Assembly (NCBI GenBank): GCA_964016885.1
Contig: OZ024744.1
Span: forward strand, 56,730,001-56,794,000
DNA: 64,000 nt
DNA from: Eledone cirrhosa
Taxonomy: Eukaryota
Direction: 5' to 3'
A program made the position numbers and the translations under genes. Below the pieces are notes generated by a model that had not been told where the DNA came from, did no database searches, and saw only the letters and a list, made by a program, of their open reading frames with translations. Positions 1 to 18,620 of the stretch are shown here, piece after piece. The number at the start of each line of letters is the position of its first letter. The stretch's first letter is position 1.

Positions 1-3000
1 ACTAACAACACTACCAACACTACCAACACTACCAACACTACCAACAGTACCCACACTACAAACACTACCAACACTACCCACACTACCCACACTACCAACA
101 CTACCAACACTATCAACACTACCAACACTACGAACACTACCAACACTACCAACACTACCAACACTACCAACACTACCAACACTACCCACACTACCCACAC
201 TACCAACACTACCAACACTACCAACACTACCCACACTACCCACACTACCCACACTACCAACACTACCAACACTACCAACACTACCCACACTACCAACACT
301 ACCAACACTACCAACACTACCAACACTACCAACACTACCAACACTACCAACACTACCCACACTACCCACACTACCAACACTACCAACACTACCAACACTA
401 CCAACACTACCCACACTACCAACACTACCAACACTACCAACACTACCAACACTACCAACACTACCAACACTACCAACACTACCAACACTACCCACACTAC
501 GCACACTACCATCACTACCAACACTACCAACACTACCAACACTACCAACAATACCCACACTACCAACACTACCCACACTACCCACACTACCAACACTACC
601 AACACTACCAACACTACCAACACTACCCACACTACCAACACTACCAACACTACCAACACTACCAACACTACCAACACTACCAACACTACCAACACTACCC
701 ACACTACCCACACTACCAACACTACCAACACTACCAACACTACCCACACTACCAACACTACCCACACTACCCACACTACCAACACTACCAACACTACCAA
801 CACTACCAACACTACCAACACTACCAACACTACCAACACTACCAACACTACCAACAGTACCAACAGTACCCACACTACCAACACTACCAACACTACCAAC
901 AGTACCCACACTACAAACACTACCAACACTACCCACACTACCCACACTACCAACACTACCAACACTATCAACACTACCAACACTACGAACACTACCCACA
1001 CTACCCACACTACCAACACTACCAACACTACCAACACTACCAACACTACCAACACTACCAACACTACCAACACTACCAACACTACCAACACTACCAACAC
1101 TGCCAACACTATCAACACTACCAACACTACCAACACTACCCACACTACCAACACTACCAACACTACCAACACTACCAACACTACCCACACTACCAACACT
1201 ACCAACACTACCAACACTAACCACACTACCAACACTACCAACACTACCAACACTAACCACACTACCAACACTACCAACACTACCAACACTACCAACACTA
1301 CCCACACTACCAACACTACCAACACTACCAACACTACCAACACTACCCACACTACCAACACTACCAACACTACCAACACTAACCACACTACCAACACTAC
1401 CAACACTACCCACACTACCAACACTACCAACACTACCAACACTATCAACATTACCAACACTATCAACACTACCAACACTACCAACACTACCAACACTACC
1501 CACACTACCAACACTACCAATACTACCAACACTACCAACACTACTAACACTACCAACACTATCAACACTACCAACACAACCAACACTACCCACACTACCA
1601 ACACTACCAACACTACCCACACTACCAACACTACCAACACTACCAACACTACCAACACTACCAACAGTACCCACACTACCAACACTACCATCACTACCAA
1701 CACTACCAACACTACCCACACTACCAACACTACCAACACTACCAACACTACCAACACTACCAACACTACTAACACTACCAACACTACCAACACTACCAAC
1801 ACTACCAACACTACCAACACTACCAACACTACCAACACTACTAACACTACCAACACTACCAACACTACCAACACTACCAACACTACCAACACTACCAACA
1901 TTATCAACACTATCAACACTACCAACACTGCCCACACTGCCAACACTACCAACACTACCAACACTACCAACACTACCAACACTACCAACACTACCAACAC
2001 TACCAACACCATCAACACTACCAACACTACCAACACTACCAACACTACCAACACTACCAACACTACCAACACTACCAACACTACCAACACTACCCACACT
2101 ATCAACACTACCAACACTACCAACACTACCAACACTACCAACACTACCAACACTACCAACACTACAAACACTACCAACAGTACCAACAGTACCCACACTA
2201 CCAACACTACCAACACTATAAACACTACCAACACTACCAACACTACCCACACTACCAACACTGCCAACACTACCCACAATACCAACACTACCAACACTAC
2301 CAACACTATCAACACTATCAACACTATCAACACTACCAACACTACCAACACTACCAACACTACCCACACTACCAACACTACCAACACTACCAACACTACC
2401 AACACTAACAACACTACCAACACTACCAACACTACCAACACTACCAACACTACCAACACTACCAACACTACCAAAACTAACAACACTACCCACACTACCA
2501 ACACTACCAACACTACCAACACTACCCACACTACCAACACTACCAACACTACCCACGCTACCCACACTACCAACACTACCAACACTACCAACACTACCAA
2601 CACTACCAACACTACCAACACTACCAACACTACCCACACTACCAACACTACCAACACTATCAACACTACCAACACTATCAACACTAACAACACTACCCAC
2701 ACTACCAACACTACCCACACTACCAACAGTACCCACACTACAAACACTACCAACACTACCAACACTATCAACACTACCAACACTATCAACACTACCAACA
2801 CTACTAACACTATCAACACTATCAACACTATCAACACTACCAACACTACCAACACTACCAACACTACCAACACTACCAACACTACCAACACTAACAACAC
2901 TACCAACACTACCAACACTACCAACACTACCAACAGTACCCACACTACAAACACTACCAACACTACCCACACTACCCACACTACCAACACTACCAACTCT

Positions 3001-5650
3001 ATCAACATTACCAACACTACGAACACTACCAACACTACCAACACTACCCACACTACCAACACTACCAACACTACCCACGCTACCCACACTACCAACACTA
3101 CCAACACTACCAACACTACCAACACTACCAACACTACCAACACTACCCACACTACCAACACTACCAACACTACCAACACTATCAACACTACCAACACTAT
3201 CAACACTAACAACACTACCCACACTACCAACACTACCCACACTACCAACAGTACCCACACTACCAACACTACCAACACTACCAACACTACCCACACTACC
3301 CACACTACCCACACTACCAACACTACCAACACTACCAACACTACCCACACTACCAACACTACCAACACTACCAACACTACCAACACTACCAACACTACCA
3401 ACACTACCAACACTACCCACACTACCCACACTACCAACACTACCAACACTACCAACACTACCAACACTACCCACACTACCAACACTACCAACACTACCAA
3501 CACTACCAACACTACCAACACTACCAACACTACCAACACTACCAACACTACCCACACTACCCACACTACCAACACTACCAACACTACCAACACTACCAAC
3601 AATACCCACACTACCAACACTACCCACACTACCCACACTACCAACACTACCAACACTACCAACACTACCAACACTACCCACACTACCAACACTACCAACA
3701 CTACCAACACTACCAACACTACCAACACTACCAACACTACCAACACTACCCACACTACCCACACTACCAACACTACCAACACTACCAACACTACCAATAC
3801 TACCCACACTACCAACACTACCCACACTACCCACACTACCAACACTACCAACACTACCAACACTACCAGCACTATCAACACTATCAACACTACCAACACT
3901 ACCAACACTACCAACACTACCAACAGTACCAACAGTACCCACACTACCAACACTACCAACACTACCAACAGTACCCACACTACAAACACTACCAACACTA
4001 CCCACACTACCCACACTACCAACACTACCAACACTATCAACACTACCAACACTACGAACACTACCCACACTACCCACACTACCAACACTACCAACACTAC
4101 CAACACTACCAACACTACACACACTACCAACACTACCAACACCACCAACACTACCAACACTACCAACACTACCAACACTGCCAACACTATCAACACTACC
4201 AACACTACCAACACTACCAACACTACCAACACTACCAACACTACCCACACTACCAACACTACCAACACTACCAACACTACCAACACTACCCACACTACCA
4301 ACACTACCAACACTACCAACACTAACCACACTACCAACACTACCAACACTACCCACACTACCAACACTACCAACACTACCAACACTATCAACACTACCAA
4401 CACTATCAACACTACCAACACTACCAACACTACCAACACTACCCACACTACCAACACTACCAACACTACCAACACTACCAACACTACTAACACTACCAAC
4501 ACTATCAACACTACCAACACAACCAACACTACCCACACTACCAACACTACCAACACTACCCACACTACCAACACTACCAACACTACCAACACTACCCACA
4601 CTACCCACACTACCAACACTACCAACACTACGCACACTACCAACACTACCAACACTACCCACACTACCAACACTACCAACACTACCAACACTATCAACAC
4701 TACCAACACTATCAACACTAACAACACTACCCACACTACCAACACTACCCACACTACCAACAGTACCCAAACTACCAACACTACCAACACTACCAACACT
4801 ATCAACACTATCAACACTATCAACACTACCAACACTACTAACACTATCAACACTATCAACACTATCAACACTACCAACACTACCAACACTACCAACACTA
4901 CCAACACTACCAACACTAACAACACTACCAACACTACCAACACTACCAACACTACCAACAGTACCCACACTACAAACACTACCAACACTACCCACACTAC
5001 CCACACTACCAACACTACCAACACTATCAACACTACCAACACTACGAACACTCCCAACACTACCAACACTACCAACACTACCAACACTACCAACACTACC
5101 AACACTACCAACACTACCCACACTACCCACACTACCAACACTACCAACACTACCAACACTACCCACACTACCCACACTACCCACACTACCAACACTACCA
5201 ACACTACCAACACTACCCACACTACCAACACTACCAACACTACCAACACTACCAACACTACCAACACTACCAACACTACCAACACTACCCACACTACCCA
5301 CACTACCAACACTACCAATACTACCAACACTACCAACACTACCCACACTACCAACACTACCAACACTACCAACACTACCAACACTACCAACACTACCAAC
5401 ACTACCAACACTACCAACACTACCCACACTACCCACACTACCAACACTACCAACACTACCAACACTACCAACACTACCAACAATACCCACACTACCAACA
5501 CTACCCACACTACCCACACTACCAACACTACCAACACTACCAACACTACCCACACTACCAACACTACCAACACTACCAACACTACCAACACTACCAACAC
5601 TACCAACACTACCAACACTACCAACACTACCCACACTACCAACACTACCA
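1..5650 (+). repeat. Higher-order block A, copy 1 (recurs about 58 kb downstream)
   Basis: Ordered rare variants ACTACGCAC-ACTACCATC (~496), CAC-GCT (2557), TCTATCAAC-ATT (2998), AGTACCCAA (4762) and ACTCCCAAC (5050) recur in the same order at ~58520, 60914, 61346, 63121 and 63400. Confidence 0.85.
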
Positions 5651-8600
5651 ACACTACCAACACTACCAACACTACCCACATTACCAACACTACCCACACT
5701 ACCCACACTACCAACACGACCAACACTACCAACACTACCAGCACTATCAACACTACCAACACTACTAACACTACCAACACTACCAACACTACCAACAGTA
5801 CCAACAGTACCCACACTACCAACACTACCAACACTACCAACACTACCAATACTACCAACACTAACAACACTACCAACACTACCAACACTACAAACACTAC
5901 CAACACTACTAACACTATCAACACTACCAACACTACCAACACTACCAACACTACCCACACTACCAACACTACCAACACTACCAACACTACCAACACTACC
6001 AACACTACCAACACTACCAACACTACCAACACTACCCACACTACCAACACTACCAACACTACCAACACTACCAACACTACCCACACTACCCACACTACCC
6101 ACACTACCAACACTACCAACACTACCAACACTACCCACACTACCAACACTACCAACACTACCAACACTACCAACACTACCAACACTACCAACACTACCAA
6201 CACTACCAACACTACCAACACTACCAACACTACCCACACTACCAACGCTGCCAACACTACCCACAATACCAACACTACCAACACTACCAACACTACCAAC
6301 ACTACCAACACTACCCACACTACCAACACTAACAACACTACCAACACTACCCACACTACCAACACTACCAACACTACCAACACTACCCACACTACCAACA
6401 CAACCAACACTACCAACACTACCAACACTACCAACACGACCAACACTACCAACACTACCAACACTACCAACACTGTCAACACTACCAACACTACCAACAC
6501 TACCCACACTACCAACACTACCAACACTACCAACACGACCAACACTACCAACACTACCAACATTATCAACACTACCAACACTACCAACACTGCCCACACT
6601 GCCAACACTACCAACACTAGCAACACTACCAACACTACCAACACTACCAACACTACCAACACTACCCACACTAACAACACTACCCACACTACCAACACTA
6701 CCCACACTACCAACAGTACTCACACTACAAACACTACCAACACTACCAACACTATCAATACTACCAACACTATCAACACTACCAACACTACTAACACTAT
6801 CAACACTATCAACACTATCAACACTACCAACACTACCAACACTACCAACACTACCCACACTACCAACACTACCAACACTACCAACACTACCCACACTACC
6901 CACACTACCAACACTACCAACACTACCAACACTACCCACACTACCGACACTACCCACACTACCAACACTACCAACACTACCAACACTACCCACACTACCA
7001 ACACTACCAACACTACCAACACTACCAACACTACCAACACTACCAACACTACCAACACTACCCACACTACCAACACTACCAACACTACCAACACTACCAA
7101 CACTACCCACACTACCAACACTACCAACACTACCAACACTACCAACACTACCCACACTACCCACACTACCAACACTACCAACACTACCAACACTACCAAC
7201 ACTACCAACAATACCCACACTACCAACACTACCCACACTACCCACACTACCAACACTACCAACACTACCAACACTACCAACACTACCCACACTACCAACA
7301 CTACCAACACTACCAACACTACCAACACTACCAACACTACCAACACTACCAACACTACCCACACTACCCACACTACCAACACTACCAACACTACCAACAC
7401 TACCCACACTACCCACACTACCTACACTACCCACACTACCAACACTACCAACACTACCAACACTACCAGCACTATCAACACTACCAACACTACCAACACT
7501 ACCAACACTACCAACACTACCAACACTACCAACAGTACCAACAGTACCCACACTACCAACACTACCAACACTACCAACAGTACCCACACTACAAACACTA
7601 CCAACACTACCCACACTACCCACACTACCAACACTACCAACACTATCAACACTACCAACACTACCCACACTATCAACACTACCAACACTACCAACACTAC
7701 CAACACCACCAACACTACCAACACTACCAACACTACCAACACTGCCAACACTATCAACACTACCAACACTACCAACACTACCAACACTACCAACACTACC
7801 AACACTACCAACACTACCAACACTACCAACACCACCAACACTACCAACACTACCAACACTACCAACACTGCCAACACTATCAACACTACCAACACTACCA
7901 ACACTACCAACACTACCCACACTACCAACACTACCAACACTACCAACACTAACCACACTACCAACACTAGCAACACTACCCACACTACCAATACTACCAA
8001 CACTACCAACACTATCAACACTACCAACACTATCAACACTACCAACACTACCAACACTACAAACACTACCTACACTACCAACACTACCAACACTACCCAC
8101 ACTACCAATACTACCAACACTACCAACACTACCAACACTACCCACACTACCAACACTACCAACACTACCAACACTACCAACACTACCAACACTACCAACA
8201 CTACCAACACTACCAACACTACCCACACTACCAACACTACCCACACTACCCACACTACCAACACTACCAACACTACCAACACTACCAGCACTATCAACAC
8301 TACCAACACTACCAACACTACCAACACTACCAACACTACCAACACTACCAACAGTACCAACAGTACCCACACTACCAACACTACCAACACTACCAACACT
8401 ACAAACACTACCAACACTACCCACACTACCCACACTACCAACACTACCAACACTATCAACACTACCAACACTACGAACACTACCCACACTACCCACACTA
8501 CCAACACTACCAACACTACGAACACTACCAACACTACACACACTACCAACACTACCAACACCACCAACACTACCAACACTACCAACACTACCAACACTGC

Positions 8601-10872
8601 CAACACTATCAACACTACCCACACTACCCACACTACCAACACTACCAACACTACCAACACTACCAACACTACCAACACTACACACACTACCAACACTACC
8701 AACACCACCAACACTACCAACACTACCAACACTACCAACACTGCCAACACTATCAACACTACCAACACTACCAACACTACCAACACTACCAACACTACCA
8801 ACACTACCCACACTACCAACACTACCAACACTACCAACACTACCAACACTACCCACACTACCAACACTACCAACACTACCAACACTAACCACACTACCAA
8901 CACTACCAACACTACCCACACTACCAACACTACCAACACTACCAACACTATCAACACTACCAACACTATCAACACTACCAACACTACCAACACTACCAAC
9001 ACTACCCACACGACCAACACTACCAACACTACCAACACTACCAACACTACTAACACTACCAACACTATCAACACTACCAACACAACCAACACTACCCACA
9101 CTACCAACACTACCAACACTACCCACACTACCAACACTACCAACACTACCAACACTACCAACACTACCAACAGTACCCACACTACCAACACTACCATCAC
9201 TACCAACACTACCAACACTACCCACACTACCAACACTACCAACACTACCAACACTACCAACACTACCAACACTACTAACACTACCAACACTACCAACACT
9301 ACCAACACTACCAACACTACCAACACTACCAACACTACTAACACTACCAACACTACCAACACTAGCAACACTACCAACACTACCAATACTACCAACATTA
9401 TCAACACTACCAACACTACCAACACTGCCCACACTGCCAACACTACCAACACTACCAACACTACCAACACTACCAACACTACCAACACTACCAACACTAC
9501 CAACACCATCAACACTACCAACACTACCAACACTACCAACACTACCAACACTACCAACACTACCAACACTACCAACACTACCAACACTACCAACACTACC
9601 CACACTATCAACACTACCAACACTACCAACACTACCAACACTACTAACACTACCAACACTGCCAACACTACCAACACTGCCAACACTACCCACAATACCA
9701 ACGCTACCAAAACTACCCACACTACCAACACTAACAACACTACCAACACTACCAACACTACCAATACTACCAACACTACCAACACTGCCAACACTACCCA
9801 CAATACCAACACTACCAACACTACCCACACTACCAACACTAACAACACTACCAACACTACCCACACTACCAACACTACCAACACTACCAACACTACCCAC
9901 ACTACCAACACTACCAACACTACCAACACTACCAACACGACCAACACTTCCAATACTACCAACACTACCAACACTACCAACACGACCAACACTACCAACA
10001 CTACCAACACTGTCAACACTACCAACACTACCAACACAACCAACACTACCCACACTACCAACACTACCAACACTACCCACACTACCAACACTACCAACAC
10101 TACCAACACTACCAACACTACCAACAGTACCCACACTACCAACACTACCATCACTACCAACACTACCAACACTACCCACACTACCAACACTACCAACACT
10201 ACCAACACTACCAACACTACCAACACTACCAACACTACTAACACTACCAACACTACCAACACTACCAACACTACCAACACTACCAACACTACCAACACTA
10301 CTAACACTACCAACACTACCAACACTACCAACACTACCAACACTACCAACACTACCAACATTATCAACACTACCAACACTACCAACACTGCCCACACTGC
10401 CAACACTACCAACACTACCAACACTACCAACACTACCAAAACTACCAACACTACCAACACTACCAACACCATCAACACTACCAACACTACCAACACTACC
10501 AACACTACCAACACTACTAACACTACCAACACTATCAACACTACCAACACTATCAACACTAACAACACTACCCACACTACCAACACTACCCACACTACCA
10601 ACAGTACCCACACTACAAACACTACCAACACTACCAACACTATCAACACTACCAACACTATCAACACTACCAACACTACTAACACTATCAACACTATCAA
10701 CACTATCAACACTACCAACACTACCAACACTACCAACACTACCCACACTACCAACTCTACCAACACTACCAACACTACCCACACTACCCACACTACCAAC
10801 ACTACCAACACTACCAACACTACCCACACTACCCACACTACCCACACTACCAACACTACCAACACTACCAAC
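1..10872 (+). repeat. Phase-perfect block of 1,208 monomers (no net indel)
   Basis: A monomer starts at 1 and the first 8-bp monomer starts at 10873; 10872 = 9 x 1208. Confidence 0.9.
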
Positions 10873-13510
10873 ACTACCACACTACCAACACTACCAACAC
10901 TACCAACACTACCAACACTACCAACACTACCAATACTACCAACACTACCCACACTACCCACACTACCAACACTACCAACACAACCAACACTACCAACATT
11001 ACCCACACTACCAACACTACCAACACTACCAACACTACCAACACTACCAACACTACCAACACTACCAACACTGCCAACACTATCAACACTACCAACACTA
11101 CCAACACTACCAACACTACCAACACTACCAACACTACCCACACTACCAACACTACCAACACTACCAACACTACCAACACTACCAACACTACCAACACTAC
11201 CAACAGTACCAACAGTACCCACACTACCAACACTACCAACACTACCAACAGTTCCCACACTACAAACACTACCAACACTACCCACACTACCCACACTACC
11301 AACACTACCCACACTATCAACACTACCAACACTACCAACACTACCAACACTACCCACACTATCAACACTACCAACACTACCAACACTACCAACACTACTA
11401 ACACTACCAACACTGCCTACACTACCAACACTGCCAACACTACCCACAATAACAACACTACCAAAACTACCCACACTACCAACACTAACAACACTACCAA
11501 CACTACCAACACTACCAACACTACCAACACTGCCAACACTACACACAATACCAACACTACCAACACTACCCACACTACCAACACTAACAACACTACCAAC
11601 ACTACCCACACTACCAACACTACCAACACTACCAACACTACCCACACTACCAACACTACCAACACTACCAACACTACCAACACGACCAACACTTCCAATA
11701 CTACCAACACTACCAACACTACCAACACGACCAACACTACCAACACTACCAACACTGTCAACACTACCAACACTACCAACACTACCCACACTACCAACAC
11801 TACCAACACTACCAACACGACCAACACTTCCAACACTACCAACACTACCAACACTACCAACACGACCAACACTACCAACACTACCAACACTACCAACACT
11901 GTCAACACTACCAACACTACCAACACTACCCACACTACCAACACTACCAACACTACCAACACTACCAGCACTACCAACACTACTAACACTACCAACACTA
12001 CCAACACTACCAACACTACTAACACTACCAACACTACCAACACTACCCACACTACCAACACTACCAACACTACCAATGCTACGAACACTACCAACACTAC
12101 CAACACTACCAACACTACCAACACTACCAACACTACCAACACTACAAACACTACCAACAGTACCAACAGTACCCACACTACCAACACTACCCACACTACC
12201 AACACTACCAACACTATAAACACTACCAACACTACCAACACTACCCACACTACCAACACTGCCAACACTACCCACAATACCAACACTACCAACACTACCA
12301 ACACTATCAACACTATCAACACTATCAACACTACCAACACTACCAACACTACCAACACTACCCACACTACCAACACTACCAACACTACCAACACTACCAA
12401 CACTAACAACACTACCAACACTACCAACACTACCAACACTACCAACACTACCAACACTAACAACACTACCCACACTACCAACACTACCAACACTACCAAC
12501 ACTACCCACACTACCAACACAACCAACACTACCCACACTACCCACACTACCAACACTACCAACACTACCAACACTACCAACACTACCAACACTACCAACA
12601 CTACCAACACTACCCACACTACCAACACTACCAACACTACCAACACTATCAACACTACCAACACTATCAACACTAACAACACTACCCACACTACCAACAC
12701 TACCCACACTACCAACAGTACCCACACTACAAACACTACCAACACTACCAACACTATCAACACTACCAACACTATCAACACTACCAACACTACTAACACT
12801 ATCAACACTATCAACACTATTAACACTACCAACACTACCAACACTACCAACACTACCCACACTACCAACTCTACCAACACTACCAACACTACCCACACTA
12901 CCCACACTACCAACACTACCAACACTACCAACACTACCCACACTACCCACACTACCAACACTACCAACACTACCCACACTACCAACACTACCAACACTAC
13001 CCACACTACCCACACTACCAACACTACCAACCCTACCAACACTACCAACACTACCAACACTACCAACACTACCAACACTACCCACACTACCAACACTACC
13101 AACACTACCAACACTATCAACACTACCAACACTATCAACACTAACAACACTACCCACACTACCAACACTACCCACACTACCAACAGTACCCACACTACAA
13201 ACACTACCAACACTACCAACACTATCAACACTACCAACACTATCAACACTACCAACACTACTAACGCTATCAACACTATCAACACTATCAACACTACCAA
13301 CACTACCAACACTACCAACACTACCCACACTACCAACTCTACCAACACTACCAACACTACCCACACTACCCACACTACCAACACTACCAACACTACCCAC
13401 ACTACCCACACTACCCACACTACCAACACTACCAACACTACCAACACTATCAACACTACCAACACTATCAACACTAACAACACTACCCACACTACCAACA
13501 CTACCAACAC
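8390..13510 (+). repeat. 5,120-bp higher-order unit, copy 1
   Basis: Marker pairs 8401/13521, 9424/14544, 10387/15507, 10873/15993, 12075/17195 and 13031/18151 are each exactly 5,120 bp apart (568 x 9 plus one 8-bp monomer). Confidence 0.92.
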
Positions 13511-16500
13511 TACCAACACTACAAACACTACCAACACTACCCACACTACCCACACTACCAACACTACCAACACTATCAACACTACCAACACTACGAACAC
13601 TACCCACACTACCCACACTACCAACACTACCAACACTACGAACACTACCAACACTACACACACTACCAACACTACCAACACCACCAACACTACCAACACT
13701 ACCAACACTACCAACACTGCCAACACTATCAACACTACCCACACTACCCACACTACCAACACTACCAACACTACCAACACTACCAACACTACCAACACTA
13801 CACACACTACCAACACTACCAACACCACCAACACTACCAACACTACCAACACTACCAACACTGCCAACACTATCAACACTACCAACACTACCAACACTAC
13901 CAACACTACCAACACTACCAACACTACCCACACTACCAACACTACCAACACTACCAACACTACCAACACTACCCACACTACCAACACTACCAACACTACC
14001 AACACTAACCACACTACCAACACTACCAACACTACCCACACTACCAACACTACCAACACTACCAACACTATCAACACTACCAACACTATCAACACTACCA
14101 ACACTACCAACACTACCAACACTACCCACACGACCAACACTACCAACACTACCAACACTACCAACACTACTAACACTACCAACACTATCAACACTACCAA
14201 CACAACCAACACTACCCACACTACCAACACTACCAACACTACCCACACTACCAACACTACCAACACTACCAACACTACCAACACTACCAACAGTACCCAC
14301 ACTACCAACACTACCATCACTACCAACACTACCAACACTACCCACACTACCAACACTACCAACACTACCAACACTACCAACACTACCAACACTACTAACA
14401 CTACCAACACTACCAACACTACCAACACTACCAACACTACCAACACTACCAACACTACTAACACTACCAACACTACCAACACTAGCAACACTACCAACAC
14501 TACCAATACTACCAACATTATCAACACTACCAACACTACCAACACTGCCCACACTGCCAACACTACCAACACTACCAACACTACCAACACTACCAACACT
14601 ACCAACACTACCAACACTACCAACACCATCAACACTACCAACACTACCAACACTACCAACACTACCAACACTACCAACACTACCAACACTACCAACACTA
14701 CCAACACTACCAACACTACCCACACTATCAACACTACCAACACTACCAACACTACCAACACTACTAACACTACCAACACTGCCAACACTACCAACACTGC
14801 CAACACTACCCACAATACCAACGCTACCAAAACTACCCACACTACCAACACTAACAACACTACCAACACTACCAACACTACCAACACTACCAACACTACC
14901 AACACTGCCAACACTACCCACAATACCAACACTACCAACACTACCCACACTACCAACACTAACAACACTACCAACACTACCCACACTACCAACACTACCA
15001 ACACTACCAACACTACCCACACTACCAACACTACCAACACTACCAACACTACCAACACGACCAACACTTCCAATACTACCAACACTACCAACACTACCAA
15101 CACGACCAACACTACCAACACTACCAACACTGTCAACACTACCAACACTACCAACACAACCAACACTACCCACACTACCAACACTACCAACACTACCCAC
15201 ACTACCAACACTACCAACACTACCAACACTACCAACACTACCAACAGTACCCACACTACCAACACTACCATCACTACCAACACTACCAACACTACCCACA
15301 CTACCAACACTACCAACACTACCAACACTACCAACACTACCAACACTACCAACACTACTAACACTACCAACACTACCAACACTACCAACACTACCAACAC
15401 TACCAACACTACCAACACTACTAACACTACCAACACTACCAACACTACCAACACTACCAACACTACCAACACTACCAACATTATCAACACTACCAACACT
15501 ACCAACACTGCCCACACTGCCAACACTACCAACACTACCAACACTACCAACACTACCAAAACTACCAACACTACCAACACTACCAACACCATCAACACTA
15601 CCAACACTACCAACACTACCAACACTACCAACACTACCAACACTACCAACACTATCAACACTACCAACACTATCAACACTAACAACACTACCCACACTAC
15701 CAACACTACCCACACTACCAACAGTACCCACACTACAAACACTACCAACACTACCAACACTATCAACACTACCAACACTATCAACACTACCAACACTACT
15801 AACACTATCAACACTATCAACACTATCAACACTACCAACACTACCAACACTACCAACACTACCCACACTACCAACTCTACCAACACTACCAACACTACCC
15901 ACACTACCCACACTACCAACACTACCAACACTACCAAAACTACCCACACTACCCACACTACCCACACTACCAACACTACCAACACTACCAACACTACCAC
16001 ACTACCAACACTACCAACACTACCAACACTACCAACACTACCAACACTACCAACACTACCAACACTACCCACACTACCCACACTACCAACACTACCAACA
16101 CAACCAACACTACCAACATTACCCACACTACCAACACTACCAACACTACCAACACTACCAACACTACCAACACTACCAACACTACCAACACTGCCAACAC
16201 TATCAACACTACCAACACTACCAACACTACCAACACTACCAACACTACCAACACTACCCACACTACCAACACTACCAACACTACCAACACTACCAACACT
16301 ACCAACACTACCAACAGTACCAACAGTACCCACACTACCAACACTACCAACACTACCAACAGTTCCCACACTACAAACACTACCAACACTACCCACACTA
16401 CCCACACTACCAACACTACCCACACTATCAACACTACCAACACTACCAACACTACCAACACTACCCACACTATCAACACTACCAACACTACCAACACTAC

Positions 16501-18620
16501 CAACACTACTAACACTACCAACACTGCCTACACTACCAACACTGCCAACACTACCCACAATACCAACACTACCAAAACTACCCACACTACCAACACTAAC
16601 AACACTACCAACACTACCAACACTACCAACACTACCAACACTACCAACACTGCCAACACTACACACAATACCAACACTACCAACACTACCCACACTACCA
16701 ACACTAACAACACTACCAACACTACCCACACTACCAACACTACCAACACTACCAACACTACCCACACTACCAACACTACCAACACTACCAACACTACCAA
16801 CACGACCAACACTTCCAATACTACCAACACTACCAACACTACCAACACGACCAACACTACCAACACTACCAACACTGTCAACACTACCAACACTACCAAC
16901 ACTACCCACACTACCAACACTACCAACACTACCAACACGACCAACACTTCCAACACTACCAACACTACCAACACTACCAACACGACCAACACTACCAACA
17001 CTACCAACACTACTAACACTGTCAACACTACCAACACTACCAACACTACCCACACTACCAACACTACCAACACTACCAACACTACCAGCACTACCAACAC
17101 TACTAACACTACCAACACTACCAACACTACCAACACTACTAACACTACCAACACTACCAACACTACCCACACTACCAACACTACCAACACTACCAATGCT
17201 ACGAACACTACCAACACTACCAACACTACCAACACTACCAACACTACCAACACTACCAACACTACAAACACTACCAACAGTACCAACAGTACCCACACTA
17301 CCAACACTACCCACACTACCAACACTACCAACACTATAAACACTACCAACACTACCAACACTACCCACACTACCAACACTGCCAACACTACCCACAATAC
17401 CAACACTACCAACACTACCAACACTATCAACACTATCAACACTATCAACACTACCAACACTACCAACACTACCAACACTACCCACACTACCAACACTACC
17501 AACACTACCAACACTACCAACACTAACAACACTACCAACACTACCAACACTACCAACACTACCAACACTACCAACACTAACAACACTACCCACACTACCA
17601 ACACTACCAACACTACCAACACTACCCACACTACCAACACAACCAACACTACCCACACTACCCACACTACCAACACTACCAACACTACCAACACTACCAA
17701 CACTACCAACACTACCAACACTACCAACACTACCCACACTACCAACACTACCAACACTACCAACACTATCAACACTACCAACACTATCAACACTAACAAC
17801 ACTACCCACACTACCAACACTACCCACACTACCAACAGTACCCACACTACAAACACTACCAACACTACCAACACTATCAACACTACCAACACTATCAACA
17901 CTACCAACACTACTAACACTATCAACACTATCAACACTATTAACACTACCAACACTACCAACACTACCAACACTACCCACACTACCAACTCTACCAACAC
18001 TACCAACACTACCCACACTACCCACACTACCAACACTACCAACACTACCAACACTACCCACACTACCCACACTACCAACACTACCAACACTACCCACACT
18101 ACCAACACTACCAACACTACCCACACTACCCACACTACCAACACTACCAACCCTACCAACACTACCAACACTACCAACACTACCAACACTACCAACACTA
18201 CCCACACTACCAACACTACCAACACTACCAACACTATCAACACTACCAACACTATCAACACTAACAACACTACCCACACTACCAACACTACCCACACTAC
18301 CAACAGTACCCACACTACAAACACTACCAACACTACCAACACTATCAACACTACCAACACTATCAACACTACCAACACTACTAACACTATCAACACTATC
18401 AACACTATCAACACTACCAACACTACCAACACTACCAACACTACCCACACTACCAACTCTACCAACACTACCAACACTACCCACACTACCCACACTACCA
18501 ACACTACCAACACTACCAACACTACCCACACTACCCACACTACCCACACTACCAACACTACCAACACTACCAACACTATCAACACTACCAACACTATCAA
18601 CACTAACAACACTACCCACA
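13511..18620 (+). repeat. 5,120-bp higher-order unit, copy 2 (direct tandem duplicate)
   Basis: Nearly identical variant order to 8390-13510, with a few private substitutions (e.g. ACTACCAAA near 15930) and single-monomer copy-number changes. Confidence 0.92.
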
